A DNA stretch of 64,000 bases from an uncultured Planctomycetota bacterium (GTDB lineage Bacteria > Planctomycetota > Planctomycetia > Isosphaerales > Isosphaeraceae), in NCBI GenBank assembly GCA_963823665.1, contig CAWGMQ010000005.1, positions 192,001 through 256,000 on the forward strand. The letters run 5' to 3'. Made by a program: the position numbers and the translations under genes. Position 1 is the stretch's first letter. The number at the start of each line of letters is the position of its first letter. The notes beneath the pieces were generated by a model, which saw only the letters and a list, made by a program, of their open reading frames with translations, had not been told where the DNA came from and did not search any database. Of this stretch, positions 30,313-40,885 are shown piece by piece.

Positions 30313-31538
30313 ATCCGGAGAAACCGAAAAGTGGTGCCGGCAAAACCGCCAGCATTTTGGTAGTAGACGACACTCCCGCCAATCTCCAGGTTCTGGCCGG
30401 CATGCTCAAGGACCAAGGGTATAAAGTCCGCCCGGTTCCCAGCGGCAAGCTGGCGCTGCTGGCGGCGCAGCGCGATCCCCCGAACCTGATCCTGCTGGAC
30501 ATCAATATGCCGGAGATGAACGGCTACGAGGTGTGCGAACACCTCAAAGCCGACGACACGCTCAAGGGGATTCCCGTCATTTTCATCAGCGCGCTTACCG
30601 AACAATTGGACAAGGTGAAGGCGTTTGCCACCGGTGGAGTGGATTACATCACCAAACCGTTTCAACTGGAAGAATTGCACGCGCGTGTCGAAACGCACCT
30701 CAAGCTCCGCCGCCTCCAAATCGAACTGGAGGAGGCTAACGTACGACTGGCGAAGGCCAACGGCAGGATGTCTCGCGACTTGAAGGCGGCGGCAAAGATC
30801 CAGGAGACGCTCCTTCCCCGAGAGGTACCTCGCGTCTCGGGCGTAGGCTTCGCCTGGTTCTATCGGCCCTGCGACGAACTGGGCGGCGATGGCCTGAATA
30901 TCATCCCACTCGGCGATGGCAAGTTCGGGCTTTACATCCTGGACGTCAGCGGCCATGGCGTTGCGTCGGCCCTGCTGTCGGTAACGCTAAGCCGTCTCCT
31001 CTCGCCCCCGTCGGAGCCGTCCTCGATCCTGACCCGGGACGGAGACGTTCGGGGGCGGTTCGACATCACGCCGCCCGCTGAAGTCGCCGCCCGCCTGAAC
31101 CGGCTTTTCCCATTCGACTCGGCGACCGAGCAGTTCGCGACGATGGTCTACGGAATCCTGAACGTTGTGACCGGGGAGTTCCGCTACGTCTCCGCCGGGC
31201 ACCCCGGCCCGGTGCATCTGCCCTACGCCGCAGATCCGGTGATTTTGGAGAGTCAGGGTACCCCGATCGGGCTGGCCGACGACGCCTACGAGGAGCGGTC
31301 GGTCCGCCTGGGCGCGGGAGATCGGCTTTACCTCTACTCCGACGGCGTCCCCGAGGCGATGGACCCCGCCGGCAAACGGTTTGGCGACGCCCGGCTCTTG
31401 GAGGCGATCGGACGCGGGCGGTCCGAACCGCTCAAGGACGGTGTTGCTACCCTTCTGGGGGAAATCGCACGGTGGTATGGAACCGAGAGCCCACAAGACG
31501 ATATCTCCATATTGGCGGCCGAGGTGTCGCCGCATTGA
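30309..31538 (+). CDS. Response regulator with PP2C (SpoIIE/RsbU) phosphatase output
   Basis: ILVVDD, ILLDINMP, KPF; GGD, DVSGHG, SAGHP, YSDGV, DDISIL. Confidence 0.92.
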   Translation: MNPEKPKSGAGKTASILVVDDTPANLQVLAGMLKDQGYKVRPVPSGKLALLAAQRDPPNLILLDINMPEMNGYEVCEHLKADDTLKGIPVIFISALTEQLDKVKAFATGGVDYITKPFQLEELHARVETHLKLRRLQIELEEANVRLAKANGRMSRDLKAAAKIQETLLPREVPRVSGVGFAWFYRPCDELGGDGLNIIPLGDGKFGLYILDVSGHGVASALLSVTLSRLLSPPSEPSSILTRDGDVRGRFDITPPAEVAARLNRLFPFDSATEQFATMVYGILNVVTGEFRYVSAGHPGPVHLPYAADPVILESQGTPIGLADDAYEERSVRLGAGDRLYLYSDGVPEAMDPAGKRFGDARLLEAIGRGRSEPLKDGVATLLGEIARWYGTESPQDDISILAAEVSPH

Positions 31539-31735
31539 ACGTCCTGCGTAATCCGGCTTTCGCGCAAGATGCCCTCCATCTAGGCTCTGCCGTCGCGTTC
31601 GGCCCCCTCCGCCACCCGATCTTCTGGTGCATCGCTTCCAAGTTGATGCACGGGGTTGCCTCATGTAGTGAAGTCCGAAGCGACGCCGATTATATTGGCG
31701 GTCAGACCACAACACCACAGTAGGCAGGAGTCGTC

Positions 31736-32857
31736 GTGATGAAGCGAAGATCCTTCGTCTCGCTCATGGGAACTGGGGCCGCGTTGCTTCGCGGCGAGAC
31801 GACCCGCGCGGGTGGGGTGGTGCCAGAGCCGGAAGGTCGACAGCGTTCCGGCAAGCCTGTGAAGATGCACGTGGGGACCCAGAATGGGCCGACGACTCCC
31901 CGGCTGCTGCAATACTTCAAACGGCATGGGGTCAACCACATCTGCGGATATCCCCCGAACCCTGGCGCAAAGGGAGCTTGGACTTCCGACGATTTGCAGC
32001 GGACGCGTGACCTCTGTGAACTACACGGAATTGCGCTGGACATGGTGGCTTTGCCATTCTTGTCGTCGAGCCATATCGACCGCGAACCCCGCGGCGCAAT
32101 CATGCTTGGGAAAGGTCCCGAGCGCGATCGCGACATCGAACACATTCAAAAGATGATCGCGGCCTGCGCCAAGGCCGGGATTCCGGCATTCAAGTACAAC
32201 TTGAGCCTCCTGGGGGTCTTGCGAACCGGGACGACTCCCGGTCGGGGCGGCTCGCGCTACAGCACGTGGCGCCTGGCCGATGCCCGCGAGGATCCGCCTC
32301 TGACCAGGGCCGGAAAGGTCACGGCCGACGTCGCCTGGGAGCGGATCACGTATTTCCTCGAGCGCATCATTCCGGTTTGCAACGAGTACAAGGTCCGAGC
32401 CGCCTGCCATCCTCACGATCCAGGAGTGCCGGCACGGGGCTTCCAGGGCATCGTTCGCGTGCTGGGAACACCCGAAGGACTCCGCAAGTTCGTCTCGATC
32501 CAGGAGAGTCCTTACCACGGACTCAACCTTTGCCTGGGGACCACCGCCGAGATGCTCCAGGACCCGCGCCGCGAGATTCACGACATCATCCGCGAGTTCG
32601 GCCGGCGCAAGAAGATCTTCAACATTCACTTCCGCAATATCCGGGGCAAGCGCGACGACTTCCAGGAGGTCTACCCCGACGAAGGCGACATGGACATGCT
32701 CCAGGTGGCGTTGACGCTCCACGAAGTCGGCTACGAATTCATGCTGATGCCTGACCACGTGCCCGGCCACCCCGATGACCCGCAAGGGCTGCAAGCCTTC
32801 GCGTTCGCGTACGGCTATATCGCCGGCATACTTCAGGCTGTCGCGGCCTTGGCCTGA
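31736..32857 (+). CDS. uxuA: Mannonate dehydratase (UxuA family) with Tat-type signal
   Basis: YFLERIIPV, ACHPHDP, NLCLGT, IHFRNIRG, FQEVYPDEGDMDM, MPDHVP, AFAYGYI; N-terminal KRRSFV. Confidence 0.85.
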   Translation: MMKRRSFVSLMGTGAALLRGETTRAGGVVPEPEGRQRSGKPVKMHVGTQNGPTTPRLLQYFKRHGVNHICGYPPNPGAKGAWTSDDLQRTRDLCELHGIALDMVALPFLSSSHIDREPRGAIMLGKGPERDRDIEHIQKMIAACAKAGIPAFKYNLSLLGVLRTGTTPGRGGSRYSTWRLADAREDPPLTRAGKVTADVAWERITYFLERIIPVCNEYKVRAACHPHDPGVPARGFQGIVRVLGTPEGLRKFVSIQESPYHGLNLCLGTTAEMLQDPRREIHDIIREFGRRKKIFNIHFRNIRGKRDDFQEVYPDEGDMDMLQVALTLHEVGYEFMLMPDHVPGHPDDPQGLQAFAFAYGYIAGILQAVAALA

Positions 32858-32983
32858 GAAATGGATCAGTAATGTACCGTTTCTGGTGCCGCTGTATTTA
32901 CTTGTCGAGCTGGCGACCGGGATGACCTTACGTCACGCGAGATTGTGGTATCAGTCTCTTCCAGAGCGGAAAGCGCGCACTCA

Positions 32984-33856
32984 TCATGATCGGTACCTTC
33001 TTGTGCGCAGCAGGGGCGATGGCGGGAACGCGTGGTGCGTATTGTGCCATCCTTCGCCCATCGCCAGAACTCCGAACAAGGCGTTATTACGGCTCTCGTC
33101 GTCGCTTCGGTAAGGCCGCAAGCCCCATAGGTGGCACGCCGAATTGACGCTCCACGTTACATGGTGGACAAGGAAGATGCGGACAAGTCCGCCCCAGATG
33201 AGTCCGGTCCAGACACCCGCCCACGTCCTCGTGATCAGGCCGCCGAGGAATGCCGGGATCAACAGGCCAAGGAAGACCCAAACTGGGAACAGTGCGCTCG
33301 CTACCCGGAGCATCCGACTCCGACTCAAGTCTTGGATGTAGCGATCAAGGTCGGGTGGGTCAGGATCGAATAGCCAGCCGATATGGGCGTGCCAGATTCC
33401 GCGCAAGACACCGAGCACGCCCCCACCGTAGCCGTGGGGCGAATGCGGATCGCCCGCCATGTCGGCGTGCTGGTGGTGGCGTCGATGCATGCCGACCCAC
33501 CTCAAGAGCGGGCCCTCCACCGCCATGGAGCCGAGGATCGCTAACACGAACTTCACCAGGGCACTCGTCTCGAACGAATGGTGGACGAAGAGCCGGTGAT
33601 AGCCGACCGTAATCCCCAGCCCGGTCAATATGTAAAGAGTCAGCAACAGACCCAAGTCGGTCCAGTGGAACCCCCATCCCCACACGATGAATGGGGCGAC
33701 GATCACGCCCAGGAGGGGCATGGTAATGGCGATGAACACCGTCAGTCGCACCGCCAGCGAGACGTGCTCCCGGGCTTCGTGAGGGGCCGGCATCTCGGGA
33801 ATGCGATTTGCGACCGGTAATTCGGTCGTTTCCTTGGTGCAGGGCGGCGCAGTCAT
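32984..33856 (-). pseudogene. Acyl-CoA (delta-9) desaturase, C-terminally truncated
   Basis: GYHRLFVH, HRRHH, GEGWHNTHHAFP His boxes; the usual SARHG...D tail is replaced by 12 unrelated residues; AAGGAGG RBS. Confidence 0.75.
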
Positions 33857-34130
33857 GGCGGTCCTCCTTTCTCGCGCGATACCGTCACGGATCGGTATTC
33901 GAGGCACGCTTTACGTTGACCCGCTCCCAGAAGTAAGACGAGATGCAAAAACCGAGCCGAACCCTTATTCTTTCGGTTTTCCTCCAAAGCGTGCGGGTAA
34001 CTTCGTGCCTTTTTTCACTTGGAAATCTATATAAGAGGATTTTCTGAGGCATGACTCCGCTGTCCGGTGGCGGCTTGCCGCATTGTCTGTCGAAGCTAAG
34101 CCAAACCGCGCCTCGAGCTGGGAGAGGGAT

Positions 34131-34338
34131 GCGATCGTGGCGAACTTCGCCTCGATGAAGGCAAGGTAATCGGATCGAAACGCCGCCAGCACGATCAGGA
34201 ATGCGACCAACTGAAAGAACAGCGCGTCGCTGAACGAGGCCCACGCTCGCTTCCAGAATCCGACAAACGATACGCCGCTGACCTCGATATCCGACCCCCT
34301 TCTCGCCGCTGATTGTAGCCCGGAGTCCAGATGATCAC
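34131..34338. repeat. ~205-bp direct repeat, copy 2 (LspA-like gene 5' fragment; ATG changed to ATC)
   Basis: See 26478-26687. Confidence 0.9.
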
Positions 34339-34556
34339 GGCACCAATGCAGCGCAAGAGTGGCCGGCTGAGAGAAATGCCTGGATAACGTGGACCACCTG
34401 CCTTGAGCGCTTTGCCGACTCCAGTCCAGTTTGCCGGAATTTCGTTGCACGGCATCCGCGGTTCGATTCCAATGGATCTTTGGATCAATCGGCCACGGGC
34501 GGTCCATCGAGTCGGACGGCCCTCATCCGGGAAACCCACTGGAAAGAGTGCAAGCC

Positions 34557-35499
34557 ATGCGGTGGATCATCGTCGTCGCAGCCCTTGTCGCTTCGCCGGG
34601 TTGTGGTTGGAGCTCGGAAACTGAGAAATGGCGCCGGACTGCCGAGGATTTTAAGACTCAACTTGAAACAGCCAACACCACCCTCGACCAAGCCCAGAAG
34701 GACCTCAAAGAGGTGGCAGAATCAATCAAAAAAGTTGGGCGCGGCAATGATCGACGCCAGCTCGACGTTGGACCCCTTGGAGATCAGGAAGATTTATGTA
34801 GATAATCGCGATCTGACGGCCGTCGCTGATCAGTTGGAAGCCAGGATCGCTTCGGCTAAACCGGAGGATGGCGATCTGATGCTGACCGACGCCCAGTTGC
34901 GTTTCGATGTGACTGGTTTTAAAGGGCGGTCGGTCGTTCGGGCGTATCTCGACTACGATAGTGCTCCATTCTTGGAGTGCGAGTTGGCGGTGACTGAACC
35001 CGTTCTGTCGTTGCCGTACAATATCGCGACTGGGTTCTATGACGAACTCTTCAAGGCCGACCGCGTTCACGCGAGCGAGACCGAGAGCGCGAGTTCCTTT
35101 TTCCCATTAAACGACGATGCAAAGGACGAAATGACTGCGAAATTTGCCAACGCGCACTTTGCAGCGCGCAGGGGCGAGATCGATAAACGTTACAAAGATG
35201 CAGTCACTTCCGAATTTGGCGCGTACCTCAAGCGAGGAGACTTTGGTACGCCGTGGGGAGTACCGAAGCCGATTTTCCTGGCGCACCAGTTCCGCACCCC
35301 GGGCCGGCACGAAATCCGCATTCAGTTGGAGCCAAAGACGCCGGACTGGGAAGTTCGACTCACGGCTACAGAAGTGGCCAAAGAGAAAAATGACAAAACT
35401 ATCAAGTACTGGCAACTCAATGCCAAAACGACACCACTTCCAAACAACATTCCAACAATGGTCTTCTGGATCAGGTATCGTCCCGAAGACCGAAAATAA
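34557..35499 (+). CDS. Putative lipoprotein with coiled-coil N-terminus; +1 frameshift in an A6 run at ~34730
   Basis: MRWIIVVAALVASPGC lipobox-like; ...AESIKK joins LGAAMIDAS if one A is removed. Confidence 0.6.
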
Positions 35500-35504
35500 G
35501 AGAC

Positions 35505-35766
35505 GGGGTGAGTCAATGGCGGCCTGACTGACCAGTGGAGCGATCCGAAGGGCGAATTCCTCGCCCTTGTGGCGGCCGGGCCGGTGTACCGGTTGCTCGG
35601 GGGAAAGGATCTGGGCGTCACCGAGCTGCCGCCCCTCGACGCACCCGTCACAACGGGCGATTTGGGCTTCCATTACCACAGCCGCGGGCACATCGCGGTT
35701 CCCGCCGACCGGAAAGCCTGTGTCGACTTCGCCGAGCGCCATTTCCAGGTCCGACGCCGTGACTGA
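35505..35766 (+). pseudogene. C-terminal fragment of a CE15-like (glucuronoyl/acetylxylan) esterase
   Basis: DQWSDPKGEFLALVAAGPVYRLLG.KDLG.TELPPLD.P...GDLGFHYH..GH...D. Confidence 0.65.
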
Positions 35767-35920
35767 CGGCGCGGTGCATTCGGAACCACCCGCCCAAATC
35801 CCATCGGGATCTTCCCCTGCCCCCGCGGTGGGCGGTTTGTCGATGCCGAAACAACCCCAACCGCGCAAATCGACCATGTGACACGCGCCGGCAGTTCAGA
35901 TGACCTCCGTCGAACCCATG

Positions 35921-35966
35921 GCCCCAACGGGCCCCGGTCAATAGCCACACGGGCTTCAGCCCTTGG
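35921..35966. repeat. Degenerate REP-like element
   Basis: CCCCAACGGG-N-AATAGCCA-CGGGCTTCAGCCC-TGG, same architecture as 26748-26792. Confidence 0.45.
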
Positions 35967-36140
35967 CACCTTGAACCGCCGCAGTCAGGGCCATCGCACG
36001 CAACGAACCAGTTGACTAGAATGGCTCACTGGCCGTCCGGGGTTCCTCGGCAAGGTAGCTTGGTGCTAAAGAGCCGCGAGTCTCTCGCGCTCGTCGGCAT
36101 AAGCGCGCGCTGCCGCCAACGGCCCAGAAAGGCTGACTCC

Positions 36141-37213
36141 ATGGCCGCCGACTCGCGTCCGTCCCAAGCCGTTTCCCCTGTCCGCGCCGGAACCGGTATC
36201 GACGGTCTCGACGACATTCTGCGCGGAGGCTTCACTCCCGGCCGGCTGTATCTGCTCGAAGGCGTGCCCGGCTCAGGAAAGACCACGCTGGCAATGCAAT
36301 TCTTGATGGAGGGCGCTCGCCGCGGCGAGCCCGTCTTGTACATAACCCTGTCGGAATCAGAGGCAGAGCTCCGCGAAGTGGCAGCTTCACACGGTTGGTC
36401 GCTGGACGGCATCACGATCCACGAGCTCGTCCCTTCAGAAGAGAGTCTGCGGCCCGACGAGCAGTACACGATGTTCCATCCGTCGGAAATCGAGCTGAGC
36501 GAGACGACGAAGACGATCCTGGCGGACGTGGAGCGAATTAAACCGGCGCGCGTGGTGTTTGATTCGCTTTCGGAGCTGCGGCTCTTGGCGGGCAGTCCGC
36601 TGCGCTACCGCCGGCAGATTCTGGCGCTCAAGCAGTTCTTTAGCGGGAGGCACTGCACCGTCCTGCTTCTGGACGATCTGACCAGCACCGATCGCGACCT
36701 CCAGGTTCAAAGCATTGCACACGGCGTGGTGCGGCTCGAGCAGGTGAACCCAGAGTACGGGGCAGAGCGGCGGCGGCTGGTTGTCATCAAGTATCGCGGC
36801 GTGTCCTGCCGTGGCGGATATCACGACATCTGAACGCCATGCCCGAGGAGCGATTTTTGACCATCCAGCTCCACGAGCTCTTGACCTATCTGGGTCATGC
36901 CGGCGTTGCCACGCTCTTGATTGGCGCTCATCAGGGCCTGATCGGCGGCCCGATGATCTCGCCGGTCGACGCGAGCTACCTCGCAGACGCCGTGATTCTG
37001 CTGCGCTACTTCGAGATGAAGGGCGAGGTTCGGCAGGCCATATCGGTGGTGAAGAAGCGTGGCGGCGAGCACGAGCGCTCGATCCGAGAATTCCGGATGG
37101 AGCGAGGTCGGATCAGTGTTGGGCAGCCCCTGCGCGACTTCCGCGGGGTGCTCACCGGGGTGCCGATTTTCGATCCGGGCCCCGCTCCGCCCAAAGAAGG
37201 GGGAGCCTCGTGA
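36141..37213 (+). pseudogene. KaiC/GvpD-like duplicated RecA-type ATPase with the first half of domain 2 deleted
   Basis: TGIDGLDDIL.GG, GVPGSGKTT, VVFDSLSE, RGGYHD, then a direct jump to LNAMPEERFLTIQLHELLTYL...KKRGGEHERSIREF. Confidence 0.8.
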
Positions 37214-39174
37214 CCGACACCAACGAGAAAGGACTGGAGCAGCGGGTGCTGGTCCTGGCCCCGACGAGCAAGGACGCAGAGCTGACTCGTTCCGTGCTGG
37301 ACAGGGCAGGCGTTGCATGTTTCGGCTGTCGCGATCTGAACGAGATCTGTGACCAGTTGGATGCGGGCGCGGCCGCCATCTTGCTGCCGGAAGACGCCAT
37401 CATCCAGGACTGTCGCCACCGTTTGGCCGACTGGCTGGGCTGCCAGCCGCCGTGGTCCGACTTACCCGTTTTGATCCTCGCGCGGCCGGGAGCCGACTCC
37501 GCCGCGGTTGCTCAGGCCATGAACCTTCTGGGGAATGTCGTGGTGCTGGAGCGACCGATCCGGATGGCGGCGCTCGTCAGTGCCGTCCGCACGGCCTTGC
37601 GGGCGCGTCAGCGGCAGTACCAGATTCGCAATCATCTCGCCGAACGGGACCGCGACATGCAGGCCCTGGCGCTTCTGGCCGCCATCGTCGCCTCCTCCGA
37701 CGACGCCATCGTCAGCAAAACGTTGGAGGGGACGATCCTTACCTGGAATGCGGGTGCCGAGCGCCTCTTCGGATACTCGGCGGCCGAGGCGATCGGCCAG
37801 CCGATCACGCTGTTGATCCCGGCGGAACGGCATGACGAGGAAAGGGCGCTGCTCGGCCGCCTACGCCAGGGTGAGCGCATCGAGCATTTCGAGACCGTCC
37901 GGGTCGCCAAGGACGGCCGGCAAATCGACGTCTCCTTGACAGTGTCGCCGGTTCGGAATGCTAACGGCAAGATCATTGGCGCATCGAAAATCGCGCGGGA
38001 CATCACCCAGCGCAAGGAAGCCGAAGCGGCGCTGCGCGATGCCGACCGCCGCAAGAACGAGTTTCTGGCGATCCTCGCGCACGAGTTGCGCAACCCCCTC
38101 GCGCCCATTCGCAATTCGTTGCACATTCTGCGCATGTCGGCAGGCAATGACCCAACCGCCGACTCCGTCAGTGAAATCATGGAACGACAGGTTAACCACA
38201 TGGTGCGCCTGGTTGATGACCTGCTCGAAATATCGCGCATCACGCGCGGCGATATCGAATTGCGCGAGGAATCGGTGGAGCTGGCTGCCATTGTGCGCGG
38301 AGCAGTGGAAACCAGCCGGCCGCTCATTGACGGCGCCGGCCACAGACTGGCGATTACGATCCCGCCGGAACCTCTGACCTTGGACGCAGACGCCGTCCGG
38401 TTGACTCAGGTCATCGCCAACCTCCTGAATAATGCGGCGAAGTACACCGACGCGGGCGGGCAAATCTGGCTGACGGTCCGCCGCGAGGGCGAAAGCGTGA
38501 CGATCTCGGTGCGAGACAACGGCACGGGAATCCCGGCGGACATGCTTCCGTATGTATTCGACTTGTTCACGCAGGCAAACCGTTCCTCCGACCGGGCCCA
38601 GGGCGGCCTGGGGATCGGGCTGGCGCTGGTGAAGAGCCTCGTCGAAATGCATGGAGGGAGCGTCCAGGCGCACAGCGAAGGGCCCGGCAAGGGAAGCGAG
38701 TTCGTGGTCCGGCTGCCGCTGGCGGCCAGCCCCCGCCCCTCCGGCAGGGCAGAACCGGAGCCCAGGCCGTCCACCGTGCTCGCCGCACGCCGGGTTCTGG
38801 TCGTCGATGACAACCGCGATGCGGCCGAGAGCTTGGCCATGGTGCTCAAACTGCTCGGCGCCGACGTTCATGTCGTCTACAACGGTCGAGATGCCCTGGA
38901 GGCACTCACAGCCTATCGGCCGGCTGTGGTGCTTCTGGATATCGGCATGCCGAATATGGACGGCCACGAATTGGCACGGCAGATCCGGCAACGTCCTGAA
39001 TTTCAGGACGTCACGCTCATCGCATTGACCGGATGGGGGCAAGAGGAAGATCGCCGCCTGTCCCAAAGCGCTGGATTCAATTACCACTTGGTCAAACCCG
39101 CAGACGCCGGCGCCTTGCAAACGTTGTTGATGTCTCCTCAAGATCGCGACGAAAGCCAGCGAATCGCTACATGA
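37210..39174 (+). CDS. Hybrid histidine kinase (degenerate REC-PAS-HisKA-HATPase-REC)
   Basis: GTG overlapping the upstream stop; ILAHELRNPLAP, NNAAKYT, DNGTG, GGLGIGL, VLLDIGMP. Confidence 0.9.
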   Translation: MTDTNEKGLEQRVLVLAPTSKDAELTRSVLDRAGVACFGCRDLNEICDQLDAGAAAILLPEDAIIQDCRHRLADWLGCQPPWSDLPVLILARPGADSAAVAQAMNLLGNVVVLERPIRMAALVSAVRTALRARQRQYQIRNHLAERDRDMQALALLAAIVASSDDAIVSKTLEGTILTWNAGAERLFGYSAAEAIGQPITLLIPAERHDEERALLGRLRQGERIEHFETVRVAKDGRQIDVSLTVSPVRNANGKIIGASKIARDITQRKEAEAALRDADRRKNEFLAILAHELRNPLAPIRNSLHILRMSAGNDPTADSVSEIMERQVNHMVRLVDDLLEISRITRGDIELREESVELAAIVRGAVETSRPLIDGAGHRLAITIPPEPLTLDADAVRLTQVIANLLNNAAKYTDAGGQIWLTVRREGESVTISVRDNGTGIPADMLPYVFDLFTQANRSSDRAQGGLGIGLALVKSLVEMHGGSVQAHSEGPGKGSEFVVRLPLAASPRPSGRAEPEPRPSTVLAARRVLVVDDNRDAAESLAMVLKLLGADVHVVYNGRDALEALTAYRPAVVLLDIGMPNMDGHELARQIRQRPEFQDVTLIALTGWGQEEDRRLSQSAGFNYHLVKPADAGALQTLLMSPQDRDESQRIAT

Positions 39175-39175
39175 T

Positions 39176-39412
39176 TCATGAGCCGGCGGTCACAGGGTCC
39201 AGCAGCACGGCAACGGTGTGGCCGTTGGGCAAGGTGCCGTAACCTGAGATCTGCCCGCGATTGTTGATACCAGTGACAGGTCCCAGCGTGAGACCTGTAC
39301 TGGCTGGAATGAGCGTGTTCAGGTCGATCATCTTGGCATCGCTGTAGAGGAATTGGTCGGCGCCGATTCCAGCCACGTAAGACCAGCCGACCACCTGGTC
39401 GTTATCGTTCAT
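39176..39412 (-). pseudogene. C-terminal fragment of an HAF-type extracellular repeat protein
   Basis: NDNDQVVGWS, FLYSD..MIDLNTLIP, GINNRGQISGYG...LLDP. Confidence 0.6.
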
Positions 39413-40869
39413 GGCCGTTGTGCATCGCGCCTTGCTTTGAGCATGACTCGCTGGAGCGCTTCGAGTGTTTCGGCTGAGGGCTTGAAGTTGCCGGGCCGAT
39501 GACCTTCCGCGATCGATAAAGGCGTCCATCCGTACTTGTTCTTGTGGTTCCAGACCTCGATCTTGGCACCTTTGTCGGACAGCAATTGCACGACTTTTGG
39601 AAAGCTCTTGTAGGCTGCGCCGTGCATCGCCGTTTCGCCGTTTTTGTCGACTGCGTTGACGTCGCCACCGAGTTCCAACAGGAACGTGACGGCTTCGAAC
39701 GCCTCGGGCTCGGTCCCGGCCTCTTCGGTGGGTGCGAGACAGCCCAGGCCGGCGGCTGCCATGAGGGGAGTTGCCCCGTCGGCGTTGGCGATTCTCGGAT
39801 CGGCCCCGTGTTCGATCAGCAACCGCAAGAGCGGCAGGTCGGCCGTCATAGAGGCCATGAGAAGCGGCGTTGCACCGGTACGATTGAGAACGCCTCGACC
39901 AGACCGGCCTCGCGTGAGCCTCGCGTCAACGTCCGCTCCGTGTTCGAGGAGTTTTTCGACAAACTGGAGACTCGTCATGTTCCCTGAGCCTTTTGGGGCG
40001 GGGTCGCCGCTCTCTTCGTCACCTCGATTGGGCTTGCGTACCCAGGTGAGCGTATGAAGTGCTGTGAATCCGGATCGCTGGTCGTTGGGATCGGCCCCGG
40101 CGTCCAGCAAGGCGTTTGCGACCTCGAAATGTCCGTTCTCGACCGCCATGATCAAGGGGCTGGTCCCCTTGACGGGCCCCCGAGCGGCTGACCGCTTGGG
40201 CTGCATGGCTTCTTTAACGTCGGCCCCCGCCTTCAGAAGGACGCGGACGACGTCCAACCGCCCCTCGCGCACGGCGAAGAACAGCGCATTGAACCCGGAA
40301 GGCAGTGTCTCATGGAAGTCCGCTCCGGCCTCGAGAAGCGCGTCGACCACGTCGGCGTGCCCTTCCGCCGCGGCCCACATCAAGGCTGTCTGACCGCGGC
40401 GTTCCTTGGCGTTGACGTCGGCCGCGCGAGCAAGAAGCGCCTTCACCGCTCCGAGTTTTCCGGTCCGCGCCGCCGTCATCAGAACCGTCTCATCGCCGCG
40501 CAGTTTCGCATTCGCCTTGGCGCCGGACTCAAGAAGCAGACGAACCATGGATTCATTGCCATTGACGCACGCAAGGGATAGCGGAGTGACGCCATATCGA
40601 TTCGCGGCATTCACATCAGCCTTCGCGCCGATCAGCAGTCTCGCCATTTCAATGTCGTCGTGATGGGCTGCCCAGTGCATGGCGGTCATTCCGTCGATCT
40701 GGGCCTGATTCACGTCGACCTTGCGCTCGATCCATTCACGGACTGAAGCCCGGTCCGACTTCTCGGCGGCGTCGGCCACAGCAGAGTCGGCACGAGCGAG
40801 CGAGACGCAGAAAATGGAAGCGAGCGCCCAGGCAAGGGAGGCATTTAGCGCCAGCATGATCAACTCCAA
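39409..40869 (-). CDS. Exported ankyrin-repeat protein
   Basis: Repeated GxTxLxxAA...GADVN units; signal peptide. Confidence 0.9.
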   Translation of the reverse strand: MELIMLALNASLAWALASIFCVSLARADSAVADAAEKSDRASVREWIERKVDVNQAQIDGMTAMHWAAHHDDIEMARLLIGAKADVNAANRYGVTPLSLACVNGNESMVRLLLESGAKANAKLRGDETVLMTAARTGKLGAVKALLARAADVNAKERRGQTALMWAAAEGHADVVDALLEAGADFHETLPSGFNALFFAVREGRLDVVRVLLKAGADVKEAMQPKRSAARGPVKGTSPLIMAVENGHFEVANALLDAGADPNDQRSGFTALHTLTWVRKPNRGDEESGDPAPKGSGNMTSLQFVEKLLEHGADVDARLTRGRSGRGVLNRTGATPLLMASMTADLPLLRLLIEHGADPRIANADGATPLMAAAGLGCLAPTEEAGTEPEAFEAVTFLLELGGDVNAVDKNGETAMHGAAYKSFPKVVQLLSDKGAKIEVWNHKNKYGWTPLSIAEGHRPGNFKPSAETLEALQRVMLKARRDAQRP

Positions 40870-40885
40870 TTCGGTCGGTCGAGCC

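Noticed and set aside
34722..34736. Programmed -1 frameshift at A AAA AAG
   Set aside because: The downstream coding frame is +1, not -1.
36141..37213. True circadian kaiC
   Set aside because: No kaiA/kaiB nearby; the sequence and kinase coupling match the KaiC-like/GvpD signalling ATPases, so no gene symbol was given.
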